NCBI GenBank assembly: GCA_004431415.1
Contig: QPMI01000041.1
Location: forward strand, 1-50,643
Direction: 5' to 3'
DNA: 50,643 bases
From: Cyanophora paradoxa CCMP329
Taxonomy: Eukaryota; Plantae; Glaucophyta
The notes beneath the pieces were generated by a model. It was not told the origin of the DNA, made no database searches, and worked only from the letters and a program-made list of their open reading frames with translations. Of the stretch, positions 10,111 through 23,024 are shown in pieces (positions within the stretch are counted from its first letter, which is position 1; the number at the start of each line of letters is the position of its first letter). Position numbers and translations under genes: made by a program.

Positions 10111-10489
10111 GGCGCTGTTACAGGATTTACTAAAATATTTGGTGGCGTGGGGGGCGGCCGGGGGCGGCCATAAGAAAAATTAATTGAAAAATGCACAAGG
10201 CCCTAAGAACCGCCGGCCGTGTTTTGGGGCGGCCATAAGAAGAATCAATTGAGAAATGCATAAGAGAAATGAGTTGAGAAATGCGGGCTTTTTGGCGCGT
10301 GCGGGAAGCTACAGAATTCCGGGTCTCGGGAGAGGGGCGCCGGCGGGCGCTGCCTCGGGCCCTCTGCCGGGCCAGCCCTGCTGCCAAGATCTATAGCTAG
10401 AACGCCCGGCGGGCCCTCTGAGCCCGGTCCGCCAGGCCGAGCCCTGCAGCTGTGCGGCCCCGGGCCAGCCCTGCAGCTGTGCGGCCCGG

Positions 10490-10771
10490 TGTCGGATGGG
10501 AAGATTCCCACCCGATTAGGCACCCGCGCAGTACTGCGCGGGGCCGGCTCCCTGTGCTGGAGCAGCTGTAGATGCAGGCTGGTGTATTCACTGTGTACCC
10601 GGAAGACTACTGACTCTGTACCCCTAAGACAGGTAGAGGCAGGCCAGCGTAGGCTACCGAGAGGTAAGCCTACAGGAAGAGAGACTATGCTAAGCCACTC
10701 AGGTTACGTCAGGCACCAACTAGCTCTAGTCACTAAGTCACCGCAAGGCCGGGGAATCGAGCCAGGCGACA
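10490..10771 (-). repeat. 3' LTR
   Basis: TGTCGGATGG…GCCAGGCGACA, identical to 22446-22727 except one G/A. Contains a perfect 20-bp palindrome CCCGCGCAGTACTGCGCGGG (10523-10542). Confidence 0.95.
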
Positions 10772-10782
10772 ACTCCTCTTCC
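10772..10782 (-). other. Polypurine tract (PPT)
   Basis: GGAAGAGGAGT on the - strand directly abutting the LTR. Confidence 0.8.
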
Positions 10783-11719
10783 GCTGACGTCGCGTCCGCG
10801 CGACGTAGCCAGTCAAACCGTGACTCTCGTCGGCATAACCGCAAGAGGGCGTCCCCAACACCGCCGATGGGTGCACCGCTCGAGGGCACCGACAGGCCCC
10901 AAGACGAGGAACCTGAGCCACAGCCCGAGGACAGGAATGCAAACAGCTGCAGGCCAGGTAGAAGGCCAGGTAGCTGTAGATCGATCCCGTCCAGGTCGTC
11001 CAGGTCGTATGCAAGGCATGGCAGGTGGGGCAAATGCGTGCATGCGGGAAAGCTCGAAAGGGAAAAGCATAAAAACTCGAAAGGTGTAAACGCTGGCCCA
11101 AACTCACTCCAAACGGCGAGGGCCGCTGGAGAGTGGCACGGATGGGAAGTTTCACCGCCTCGGGAAGAAACCAACGAGGAGGTATTCGGGCCGCCCATCA
11201 GGCCCAACGAAAGGATAGGGCACGACTGAGTGCACCCCCAGCCAGCAACCTCGAGCCCCTCACGGACCCGCAGGCACCCGGAGGCCTACACCCAGCCACT
11301 CTCCACGAGCGACGGGCCAGATCCCAGAAAATGGAACGAAAGGCCCAGATGACGCCCCGTGATCGGCCACCAGCCAACCCACGTCCCATCTCGAAAGCCA
11401 AGGTTGAGGCAAAGCTGGCAAAGAAATCTGCCGTCGACTCTCATCTCATCTCTAGCGTCGCCCTCGGCGTCCCACACAGGAACCCTCGGCGCCGACGTAT
11501 GGGGCAAGGTATAGATTTGGTTCGGGACGTTTGGTTGGGAGTAGGGTCCGCTGAGGCTCGTAGGAGGTCCGTTTCGCACGTCATGAAGACGGGATTTGCG
11601 ACTGCACATGCAGGCTTCCGATCCACAGCCAGCTGCAGCGTGCAGCTGCGTCGAGCGGAGTAGTTGAATCCGAACTCAGACGGCATTGGCGCAGCTGATG
11701 TGGATTCATGAAGCGTGCA

Positions 11720-14700
11720 GTCGACGTCGATGTGAGCGGCGACCTTGTATGCACTTGCACGTGCGTCTCGAGCTCGAGCTCGCGACCAGGTGCACGCGAT
11801 AAAGGTACGAGCCCTTGAGCCGCACATCATCGAAGAGCAGAAATGCTTCGACGATCCCGTGACTGCTTTGGCGCTCCTGTCGAGGTCGCGCAGCTTGCAG
11901 TGCAGGGTCCAATCCGCGCGGCCCCCGGTTCTGACCGCTGGGACCACAGGGTGCACAGCTCAGCAGCTGCACCCTCGTGGTTGGATCACGAGGCCGACGT
12001 GCGAGTTGCCGAGCTCAACGCCTCAGCTGATCGCGGGCGAGCGGCCCCTCGCGACTGTCGGTGGGAGCGTGCAAGGTTGGAGCTCGTGAAGCATACGCCA
12101 GGCTGTCAAGCACGCGCTACGGCGTGATCATGAGGGCTGCAGTGTACGCGTGTACGTAGAGCCGCGGCGCGGGATTCCCTGGAGGAGGTCCGGGTCCCTT
12201 GGCGGACGTACATCAGTGTACGCTGGCACTGGCGCTGTGTGTGGCCTGGGGCGAGAGATGGGGCGAGGACCCGAGACCGAGCCCTCACGTTCGCGACGTG
12301 CGTGACATCGCAGCGCTCAGCTGCTGGCGATGAAGCCAGGTGTCGACGCTCCAGCTAGACGCGGCCTTCAATCGAAGGCGCGCGTGCTGGCCGCGAATCC
12401 CATCAGTCGTTCCCTCGGCCTGGTCTTCCTGGGATCCGGCCGCAGCCAGGCTCGTTGGCAAGCTTGGCGGGTCATGATCACGGGAAGGGGTTCTGCAGCA
12501 ATCCGCGAGACTGCATATTCGCGGTGCCGAGACCCTCGGATTTGCGACCGATTCGCCAGCCTTCGCCGTGGGCTCGTTTCGATCGCATCCCAATACCAGG
12601 CGATCAGGCGAAGCTGACGGACGGCGAATCCTTCAGAGACTCAGATCTCTTGATCGGGGATCCGAATTCGTGTTCGGTGCGTAGCCAGACCGCGACACGG
12701 CGTGCAGTCGGCTGCTGAGATCCGATTCCGATCCTTAGGAGGCCGCATCGGTGAGTAGTGCGAGCGAGTGCACTGGCCGTAGCTGGACTCTCAAGCTCTG
12801 TCGAAACAGCACTTGCCAGTCCGTTCCGGACACGGTCACTGGCTGTGCACGTAACAACAGGGCCTGAGGGCCATCAGCCCCAGTAGCATCGCCACCGATG
12901 GGTTTCCGAGGCGGAATGTGGTTCGCCAACGGCGAGACCTGGATCCCGGCGAGCCGCCGTGTGAGGAGACCTCAAGGCGGTTAGCTAGGTTCGATTGCTT
13001 GTGCTCGATCAGCCTGCAGACGGCAGCGCGCGCTGGGGCGAACTGCTCCACAGCAGATCTAGGCGCGACGTCGACTACATGCTCGAGTCTGATCATGGTC
13101 CCGACTCCTCTTCCGCTGAAGAGGGGAAGTCGGGGCGTGGCAGGCATCCGCCGATCGAGGAGGGGCTCAGGCGTCGGGCCAAGAGGCAGCCTTCGGCTCG
13201 AGCGCTTGTGCGCGTACTCCTCTTCCGCTGAAGAGCGGAAGCCGTAGCACGGCAAACTGCCTCCGATGCCACTCCCTCTTCGGTTAAGCACCGTCCCCGG
13301 TGCTCCACCGTCTTTCGCGAAAATTGTGGCACGCTGATCATGAGGCCGCTGGGATCCGTGATTGGATCGGGACAGCGTGGCCGTGGTGGAGAAATTCGCG
13401 AGTGCGGGTAGAAAGAACGGCGAGGCGTGATCGTGCACGACCGTAACCGTCTCTCTTTCGTTGGATTCCATGGCGTTCCGGGCCGCTGCCACTCTCGATT
13501 CGAGGGGCGAGCGTGAGCCGCGGGGCCAGAGCGAGGTTGAATGGATGCTGGCTTCGATTTGAATTGAGTTGTGGGCAACTGATCAATTGCGTCGGCCGGC
13601 CACGATTGTGCCGATCGCGAGTCAATCGCACTGCAGTGCCCGCCGTTCGAATTTCGCGATTCGATCGGACGCCAGTCGTGTCGAGCACGAGGGCATCGAG
13701 CCTCGACTTTCGAGCGGGCGTCGATCAGCGCAAGGCTTGGGCCGAGCTTCCGAAACACGATTTGCATATATAGCGCTCGGCTGTGTATGCTCGTGTCCGT
13801 AGGCCCGTGTTGCCGCTTTTTGCGGTTTTAGGCCAGGCGTTGGGGCGCCAGCACCCAGATTTATGGGAGCGGCCTCAGTGAATGAAGCTGGTGACGGTGG
13901 GTGCGCCACTGCCGGGAATAAGATCCCGGGTCGCCGGCGCCCAGCGCGAAACGGATTTGGCAGCTATGTCGAACTCGTTCGCTCGCAGGAGCGCCAGCTG
14001 CATATGCATGCAGCCGGGCCCGCGCGACTTGGTATACGTATGCGCGAACGTCCGGTGGTCCGGGTTGCGGGGCAGAATTTGAGAAAATCCGTGCCGCTGC
14101 TCGGGACGAGAGCCCGGCCGGCGGGTCGCCAGCGAAAATCGACGACTTTCGCCATGCTGGGCCCTCGCGAAATTTCGCGAGCCGAGAGGTACGAAATCGG
14201 CCGTGCCACGGTGCGTGCGCGGTCCGACGGTCTGGCCTTCTCGAGCGGGCCGCGTACGCGTAGCCTACATCTCGGTTCCGAGCCGCGCGCGGCGTCGGGG
14301 CGGAATCGCGAGATCGAGGTCAACCGTCGGACTCGGGTGAGTCTCGAGAGCCGTGACCGCTTTAGTAAGCGTCAGAACCAGGCTCAGCGGCTGGTCTGAG
14401 GCTGAGGATGATGCATATGCTTGGCCGAAGGGCCGTGCAAGGGCCGGTCTACTGGGCCGGGCATGGCCACGCACACGTGGGCGCGAAATTAAATTGCCGC
14501 ACTCTAGTGCTGCAAAATTTTCGTGGCGACGCGAAGTGATTCGCATGCACAGATCTAGAGGGCCCGGGAAACGTCCGGCGCGATGATTGTGCACGCGGGC
14601 GCCCTCACGCCGTGACGTCCGCTGGCGTGCGCCGTGACGGCCTCGCCACCGCGGCAGCCGGCCACGGGCGTGCACTGCGGCCGCCGGGCACAAGTGCGTG

Positions 14701-17700
14701 TGCAGGGCGCGGCTGCGCATGCCGTGGTATTGATGGCTGGGCGCCAGCCGCCGTACGCGTGGCAGCTTTAGCAGCACCATAGGGATCGGCAGGCGGGCTT
14801 GCAACCAACGCGATGGGTTCCCAGCTGCAGGAGCGGGACCGGTAGCGGCCGGTTGCAGGAGCCGTGCTCGTGCATACGAGTGTCAATATCGTGCCGACGA
14901 TGTCATGCACGATCGCAGGCTTTCTCTTAGAAGACCGGGGGGGCCCCGGTGCTCTCGAGAGAGCTGACGATAGAGCTTTCGCTCTGTCTCTAGCTCTCGG
15001 TGGCCGTGGCGGGTACCCGGTGCGCTGGAGTGTGAAGCCGACAGCTGCAGGTTCCACCAGCTAGGCGGGAACGGCTTTCCGAAAATCGGATACCGTGGCT
15101 TGCGCACGGGCCAGCCACTTGGGGCGCGCTGCCGCGCGGATCATCAGATCCGGCTCATCATTGAATTCCGAATTCGAATCGCGAATTCGAATTGCGAATT
15201 CGAATTGCGATGCTTTCGAATTTGGGTGCCGCAGTGCGGTCGACAGGTTCGCTTCGCTCGGTAGCGAATTACGATTTCTGCAGCTCATGCAGTCTTCCCT
15301 GCCTCATCCTCTCTCCAACCGTGTTTTAGCGGGAGGTCGAGGCATGAGCGTGCCGCAAGGCGGGTGGGGCTGAAGGCCGCGTGCGCAGGCTTGGCGGCGA
15401 GCGGCCGTGCCGAGGCCTGGAACCTGCCGCCGTGCGGTCGCGTGTAAATTTTGCGGGCCGGTCTGCGAGCCCTGAAGGCTGCGCTACGGTGCGAAAAATG
15501 CCTGCAGCCAGCACCAGCTGCAGCATCGCCGGGTTTGGCGAAGTGGTGCACAGGTTCCGGCTCAGGGCGGCGGCAATGCTCTTTTCGAGCTAGCACTGCC
15601 CTTGGCGGCGCAAATCGCGACCGTACATTCGATAGCTGGATCGGCGCTCTGTAGCACGGCGCTCCATTACAGCGCCTCATCAGCGCTCGCCGAGCGGCGT
15701 GCCGGCGTTGGCAGAGAGAGCCGGGCGCTGTTCAGCGCAGCCGATCGTCCGTTCGCGATCGCGAGTCGACGTCGTTTCGCGAGTCGGTCCGGGGCCACGG
15801 GGCCGTGTGCGCAGCCTCTTTGAGAAAGCTACCGCATAAGTGCTCAGGCTTCGAATTTTTCGCGGCGCTCAGCGCGGCTGCTCGGCGGCTGCATCCGATA
15901 TCCGGTCGCGATATCGATGCATATGCTGTGGGCCTGGCCGGGGCTGAGACCCGCGCCTGCAACACACACGTGCACGTGCACGCGGTTTATGCAAGGTAGG
16001 GCTAGCCGTTTAGTTTTGTTTAACGGTTGCAGCCTTTATTCCCGCTGGCCATGGTGGCTGCGGCTTGAATATTTGTGGCGCTCGCGATCGGTGTCCGCGT
16101 CCGCGGCCACGCGATTGCACGTGCAAAGAGTCGTGCGCGGCTCGACAAGCGGCTCTGGGGCCCGCTGTACGTTGTAGCGCTGGCCCACGCGTGGGAGTCC
16201 GACATTCGATTCCAGTCGCTAGCTTGACGCTCGCAATTGGCCTCGGTCTCCCTGGGACTCGGGAGGACGAGTCGAGCCCGTTGCGAGCTTCGATTCGCGT
16301 TGGGGCCGGGGGCCACAATTCGCGGCCTCGTAGGGGCAAGGCCCTAATTCACAGCTTTGCGACGTCCAGCGACCGAGCGTGATCGTGGATTCGCGACGCG
16401 GATATTCGCGGGGCCTAGGCTCGCCGCGAATCTCGCTGGGCTCGTGGCCGTGCCGGTTTTCGCGGGGCAGGCCGGTGCGGCCCGGTGGGCCGGGGCTGGA
16501 ATCCCGATGCGGGTCGCCGCAGGCGCCGACGAGGAGGCCCTTGGGCGAGGGCCCGCGAGGGGACCTGCCAGGCAAGGGCCGGTGGCCGCCTGAATCTCGA
16601 CTACGCCGAGCTCGAGGCTCGCGATTGCGCGGGCTCGAATATTACGGGCCGTCCTTCCGATATGGGCTGGACGGGCCGGGCACTCGGAATATTCGATCGC
16701 GAATCTTTGAGTCCGGTCCCGATTATCGGATTTTCGCGATATCGATATCGGACGGGCACGGCTTCCGCAGTGCCGGCCCGGCGGTGGGGACAGTCTGGCA
16801 GGAGAGAGCCGGAGCTGCGAGCCCGGGCAACCTCAGACCTCAAAAGGGCCGAGGGCTGCCCGCGATCGCAGCTGCTCCAAATCCGATCGCGAGGCTCGCG
16901 ATAGTCGTTCCTTGCGATCCAAATTCGCAGGCCGGCACCCTGAATCGGGGCAACGATTGCAAATTGACGGATCTCGATTATCGGATTCTCGCGGGTCATC
17001 GGACCCCATATGCATGGCCAGGCACGTGCACGGCAGCCACGGGCGGCCGCGGGCTGGAGCGCGTGCAGCGGGCTCTGGGTTTATATCCGAGCGAGCTAGC
17101 GTAACTTTGATCGTGAGCTCGAGCTCGCCGAGTCGCCTTGGCCGCGGGCCAGATTAGAGGCAGCTTGAGGCGAATTCGAAGCGCAGTGCCCGAGCCCCGA
17201 GGCTCGTTCACTGGCCGGGCTCGGAATTGGCTTAATTGAACCGTTCAACGGTTGGCCACGTGCATCGGGGCGCCAGGCGCATTGGACGCTTCGGCGCGGG
17301 GCGCGGGTGCCGCTGTCAGCTTCGGGCCCTGAGGGCAGGGCCTCCGGGACGCAGCCGCCAGCTGTTCGCAGGCAATTGCAAGCGCCGATCGTAGGCTGAG
17401 CTCGTCCTCTGGATTCGAGGCCAGGGACCGCAGCTATTTGCAGAGGACTTCCAGGGCTCAGGGCCCAGCGGCAAGCCGGCCGTGGACTGCGGGGCCTCGG
17501 GCCGAGGGCGAGGCCGGGCGGCCGTTATTTAACAGGGCCGTACACGCATCGGCTTGAACGTTTACAGGCATTCGCATGACCGTGCAATCTGCACGTGCTC
17601 GTGCACTGTGGCTACGGCACCCACCGGCTGCCGCAGTGCGGTTCGGTTGCGCAGCCAAGTCGCGGAAATATGCCCAGGGCCCGGCCGGGTGCCCGGCGCC

Positions 17701-20050
17701 GGCGGCCTCCGCCTCTGAGAGAGGGCGAGACTCGCGATCGGCGGGCTCGAGGTCGCAAGGCAGGCGGTCGCGACGTCGACGGCGGTCGCAGGCAGGCAAC
17801 GGCCAGGGGAGCGGGCCGTGCCGCACGGTGCCGCGCGCACGGCGCTGTCGTGTACGTGCACGTGATCCGATGATCGGCTTCGTTGGGGATCAGCCACGAT
17901 ATCGATATCGATCTGGATAGACTCATGGTCGTCTCGAGCCAGGGGCTCGGAATCGCGATCCCACGTCCGTGGATCGGGGGCCGGATTGGGATTCAAGCTT
18001 AAGGCCCGCGATTTCGCGATCGGTCGGCGTAGGGCATCGTCGTGACCGGGCGTTGCAGCGCTCCTTGCTCGCAGCGGCGTGAGAGACGCCACTCTCAGGC
18101 CTCTGGGGGCTCGTAGCGGCGCGAGATACAGGGCCGATGTCTGGGGACCGCAGGCCGGTCGTGAGGCACGGCATTTTGCGTGCGGGAACTCGAAGGATCC
18201 CGACGTCGCAGCACGCGAGATCAGCCATGGGTTCGACCCGTGCGCTGTGATAAGCGCCCTTGGTCCGGGCGTGCTGCGCAGCTTCGCAATCGCTCCTCTG
18301 ACCGTGGGGCCGGGGCCCGGCCGGCCGCGGGCCACCTCGAACGGCACTGCGGCAGTTCGGCGATGCAAACGGCAGCTCGGCGGTCGCGATCCTGTCCGCG
18401 AAGGCGAGGGCAACCGCGAGGGCGAGTTGCTGATCGTAATTCGATGGGGCCCGGCGGCCGAGACCGGGACCGGCAGGTGTCGGCGGCCGAGACCGAAACG
18501 CCGTGACGGCATCGAATTTGTGCCTGGCGAGGCTTGGCACTGCCAGTCGCAGGTCTGATCGCAGGCCTGGGGCTCAGCAGCCGCGGAGCCTTGGAAGCTG
18601 GGCAGCTCTGAGCCGTGGTGGACGTGCTCATGCACGTGACTTCCGGCCCTCAACTCGCGGCTGAGCTCAAGCTGTACCCGCTGGCACGTGCACGCGGCGG
18701 CAACGTTAACGGCGGGGGCCGAACTCGCAGTGCCAGCAGGTCCTGATCATGAGAGCCGAAATTGACCCATAACCGGATCCAGGGCTCGGAAGCGAGCTCG
18801 AGCTCGATCGCGAGGCGCCGCGCCGGGCGGGCCGCCGGGCGTTCGAGCTGGCACAGTGGCGGCTTGCGATTGCTCCAAGGCTTAGTCAACCGGGGCCCAG
18901 AGCGTCGACGTCTCGCTCGAACAGCAAGCGTGAGCTTCGGGGTCCGGCCCGGCGGATCCGGATCTCGGCCTGACAGCTTCCAGTCCGGATCGGAGAGTCT
19001 CGGGATCCGGACTTCGGGAGTTGAGAGCTTGCATTGAGCAGGCCAGGCCAGGTGCTGGCTAGAGGTGCGCCGCGCGGCGCCTTCAATCTTGGGCCAGGCC
19101 CGGCTGCGGGGCGGCTTGCGCTTTTCGCGACAGCTGTAGGCAGAGATCTAGAGCCTCAGCAACTCGGGTCCCTCTCGAGCCTGGGGCTCGTGATTACGGT
19201 TCGCGCCGGTGCTCGCAGCTCGAATCCGCAGTTCGCATCGCCGCCAGGGCTAGCGCTAGGCTCGAACTCGTAGACCACGGGGCACAGGCTAGGTAGCCAG
19301 GTGAACCTCGAGCTCGGGAGCCACATGGGCCGGCTGTGCGTGGAACGCGCCGCTCTCGGCGGGCCTCAGACGGGCAGAAGTGCAGGCCGGGCCTCGAGAT
19401 CCAGGCCTGGTCGGGGGGCGGCTCGAATTCGAGCATCAAGGCCTCAGGATGCCGACCGGCGCTCTCGAATGCAGCACGCAGTGCTGCGGGAAGATCGTCG
19501 GACAGGCCTAGGCCCTGAGGGGCCGGTTGCGAGGCCCGGCAGCCCTGATCCGAGCTTGAAGCTCGTGCGGGGTAAATTTCCCAATTTCATGCGGGGTAAA
19601 TTTCCCAATTTCGCAGTCAAGGCCCCGAAGGAGCTTGCTGCAGAAATCAAACGCTCAGCCTGGCTCTCGATCGCGACTGCAGTCGAGCAGCCTAGCAGCT
19701 CCGAGGCTTGCAGTCGCAATCGCGATGGGGTTCGCCGGTCATGCGTAGGCCCGGCTGGCCGAGGCCTGGCAGACCCCGGAACTCCGGCTTCTACCCGATG
19801 CGGATCGGGAGTCAGCCGGTCCTCGGGATTGACCGGCGAGCGCCAGTGGCGCGTGTTGTACTCGTCCCCGGGCTGCCACTGGGCCACCTCAGGGCACTGC
19901 GGCAGGGCCCCGGGGCCGCGGGGGAAGATCTCGTCGGGGTGCAGGGCCGTGGCTCGGCGAACCCTCTAGCGCCCCACCAACGAGGTCCAGTCTCCGAGCG
20001 CTTGGGGACTTCCTCGAGCTCGGCAAGCGCGAGGGGAAAGTCGTTGGTGT
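11720..20050 (-). pseudogene. Heavily frameshifted pol remnant (RT, integrase, chromodomain)
   Basis: Motif fragments across frames, in order: FPLALAELEEV…RGFAEP…SSPAAP (about 19900-20040, RT N-terminus); KGAYH and GSFEF…MP…GL…AAT..QR (18100-18261); SHSS…GH…KLYRQLSRE and GLLQP-LPVP-SWEPIAL (14800-15040, integrase zinc finger/core start); LR.CYV…TDW…VHS…HYSP (12740-12870); VHPV (about 11950); IVEAFL..DVRLKGSYLYRVH-W (11790-11855, chromodomain). Confidence 0.7.
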
Positions 20051-22445
20051 CACAGGCGTCCGGTGGGGCGGGCCCACTAGCTATAGGCGGCGACTCGTCG
20101 CCGGCCTCGCCCGGCCGTGGAGCGTCTGCTTTGGCGTGAGCCTCGAGCTCGGAGCGCTCTCCAGCAGGGTGCACGTGGCTGGGGCGCCCAAGTCGCCCCG
20201 AGGTCGTCGGGCATCCCCTCGTCAGAGGGAATTTAGCGCTCCTCAACGGCAGGGGCCGGGCCCAGCTCTCGTCGCTTCGGAGCTCGAGGCGGCAGGGCTG
20301 GCTCAGGTGCCGTCGGCGCAAAGCGTTCTGGCCGCAGGGCGGCCCGCGGCCGCGCCCGCTTGCACGTGGCGGGAGCCTTGGCCTTCGCGAACCCAGCAGA
20401 CACGGCGAGCTTGGCGAGCTCGCGGGGGAGGCCTCGCGGGGCGCGTTTTAATTCGATTGTGCAGCTCGAGCCCGTGGTCTTGCATTTGCATGATCATGGT
20501 CAGCAGCTCGCGTACTGTGCATACGCATGCGGTACTGCCGCAGCTTGCCATCATGATCATGATCGATATCATGGCATCACTCCCCCTTCTTGCTAGCACC
20601 GTCCTCGGTGCTTCACGATAGAAGGTGTCACGGTGTGCCAGGTGCCGGCCAGCTGCAGCTGCCGCAGTACTAGTACTAGTGCAGCTGCAGGGCCAACTGA
20701 GCTGCAGGTCACGTACTACGCGTACGGTAGTGCGTACGTATACGTGCCGCGAGCTCACTGTGAGTCAAGCTCCGAGGCAGACAGCTAGCGTATAGCTAGG
20801 GCTTTACGTCTCGATTTTGCAAGCTCTAGAAGTGAGCCTGATCATGAGACCACGTCTCGCAGCTAGGCCTGCAGCTTAATCATTGAATCAAGCTTGAGCC
20901 TTGCGTAGATATTCGATGTTTGTGCCGCTAGCACCGAGTGCATCACCGTCACCGCGCGCGGCGCCGGCGTTGCGCATGCGTCAGATCCGAGGCCATATGC
21001 ATATATGCATGGCCAGCGCGCAGCCTGGCAGGCACTCATGATCAAGAGTTGAGGCCGAGGGAAGCATCAGCCAAGGGAAGGCTAATGCTCTCAAGCTCGA
21101 GATCTTGGCCATGGCGGGGCAAGAGGGCCCTGCCTGCGCGCGAGGCAGCAGGTGGGTCCGCTCTGCAGTCGGGCCACTTGAGCTCCAGGTCTTGAGGGCA
21201 TTCTCAGGTCAAGCGACGGCGTAAAGCCACGCTAGTCCGTGAGAGAATGTGCCTCACTCGAGATCCAAGGCCGTCGTGGTCCACAGCAGCGGCGAGCAAG
21301 CTCGGCTGCGGCGATTCTGGAGACAGCTCGGGCGCGCACGCCTCAGCCATCGATCCGATCGCTCTTCCTCTCGCCCGGAAGGAACTCGGGCGCGCGGCCT
21401 CAGTTCTCAATCCGGTCCACTCGAGCTTGTCCAGCACGATCGCAGCAGCCGTAGAGGGCTGGCGTCGCGGCGAGTGACTGGCGACCGACCGGGAATAGCA
21501 CCCTCGGGCTCGCACGGCAGCTCGCGCAGGCGGCGTCGACGAATCCGACCGGGAATAGCACCCTCGGGTATTTGCGCGCGGGCCTGGCTTCCGCAGGACT
21601 AAGTTCTGGCCGTCGTAACCGCGCTGAGCCAGAACCTCAGCCCGCGGCCGTGGGCGCCAGGCTAAGCCACGCGGCTGCCCCCACGTCTCCTCCAGATCCG
21701 CTGAAGGATCTGCGGGCGAGCGGCTCGCCTGGCTCTCTATAGGTGGCCCGCGACCGCCCGCGCTTAGTGGGGCGCGCGCGGCGCAGGCGAGGTCCGAGCC
21801 CGTACGCGTCCAGTGCCAGGATCAAATCTGCCGACCCCAGCAGATCAAATCTCAAGGGCGAGGGCCAGGCGCGCACCCCGAGGGCCGTGCGCGTGCGCTG
21901 CGCTAGCACAGGCCGTGGAGAACTCCGGCGCGAAGCGCTGGGCTCGGAGTGCAAGGCTAGCGAGAGCCAGCACAGCCGATCGACCAGACTCATGCACGCC
22001 TCGGTCCAGGGCGAGGTTCGCCAGTCGCCGGTCGTCGTAAAGGTCTTCTTTTATCTGCTCGAGGCCGTACGCGCGGCGCTGCGCGGCGGGGCGCGCGTAC
22101 GGGCATGGGCGTCGAGGTTGTCCCTCGGGGATCTGGACAAGATCTGCGGCGTCCGTCGGCGAGGGCGACGGGAGGGCGCGTCCGACCGCATTTATCGGTT
22201 CTCCAGAGCTAGTTCTACGTTTCCGGTGCGCTGACGGAGAGCCTGGCGGCTCGCTGAGGCTGATCGCTGTGTGCGTATCGATCGCACGCCGATCCGGGCC
22301 CGCCGGTGCGCGGGGTCGCCGCTCGGCACTGAGAAGATCTTCTAGAGCTACTAGCGATGCGTGCGCATCGCTGCTGGTCGCCGAAGATGATGGGCTGATG
22401 CTGTCGGAGGCTGCCCACGGGCCCAGTTCCGTGAGCAGTGGCGCC

Positions 22446-22727
22446 TGTCGGATGGGAAGATTCCCACCCGATTAGGCACCCGCGCAGTACTGCGCGGGGC
22501 CGGCTCCCTGTGCTGGAGCAGCTGTAGATGCAGGCTGGTGTATTCACTGTGTACCCGGAAGACTACTGACTCTGTACCCCTAAGACAGGTAGAGGCAGGC
22601 CAGCGTAGGCTACCGAGAGGTAAGCCTACAGGAAGAGAGACTATGCTAAGCCACTCAGGTTACGTCAGGCACCAACTAGCTCTAGTCACTAAGTCACCGC
22701 AAGGCCGGGGAATCGAGCCAAGCGACA
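22446..22727 (-). repeat. 5' LTR
   Basis: Direct repeat of 10490-10771, followed by the TSD CCCGG. Confidence 0.95.
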
Positions 22728-22978
22728 CCCGGGCCAGCCCTAAGCCCGGGCCGCCAGGCTGAAGCCCTGCCAGGCTGAGGCTAGCGCTAGGGACCAGCTG
22801 GCCTGCAGCTGTGGGCGGCGCCCCAAGTGATCATGATCATGATTGCGCTCGCGTTAACGTTTTGCGCTCGCGATCGCCCCCCGCGGCCTCAGTTTCGGGC
22901 CTTCCATTTCGCCGCGAAAAGCAGGCGACTCCCGTCCCGGTTTTTTGTATGGGCCAGTTTGCAACTTGATCCGGCCGC

Positions 22979-23024
22979 CGCCATAGTAAAAACCGGGGAC
23001 ATGTCCCGGTTTTTTACTATGGCG
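22979..23024. repeat. Near-perfect 46-bp palindrome within GTCCCGGTTTT repeats (DNA-transposon subterminal-like)
   Basis: CGCCATAGTAAAAACCGGGGACA|TGTCCCGGTTTTTTACTATGGCG; arms differ only in homopolymer lengths. GTCCCGGTTTT occurs 3 times in 22935-23037. Confidence 0.6.

Larger units (their letters stand above)
10490..22727 (-). mobile_element. Non-autonomous Ty3/Gypsy chromovirus-type LTR retrotransposon, 12,238 bp
   Basis: Two 282-bp TG…CA LTRs with 1 mismatch. 5-bp TSD CCCGG (10485-10489, 22728-22732). PPT on the - strand. Decayed RT, integrase and chromodomain motifs in Gypsy order. Confidence 0.93.

Noticed and set aside
10113-10489. DNA transposon hosting the LTR element (with 22733-23120)
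   Set aside because: Repeated motifs (GCGGCCATAAGAA, GCCCTGCAGCTGTG) are suggestive, but I found no convincing TIR pair or TSD.
10489-11229. 246-aa + strand ORF starting at the LTR as gag
   Set aside because: It is antisense to the orientation given by the PPT and pol motifs, lies largely in the LTR, and has no gag motif.
19566-21568. Short direct repeats (24-bp tandem at about 19566-19612; CCGACCGGGAATAGCACCCTCGGG at about 21485 and 21545)
   Set aside because: Ordinary two-copy local duplications within a decayed element.
20850-22200. Possible gag/protease remnants (e.g. QIKEDLYDDRRLANLALDR; EWTGLRTE)
   Set aside because: The position fits, but the motifs are too weak to call without a profile search.
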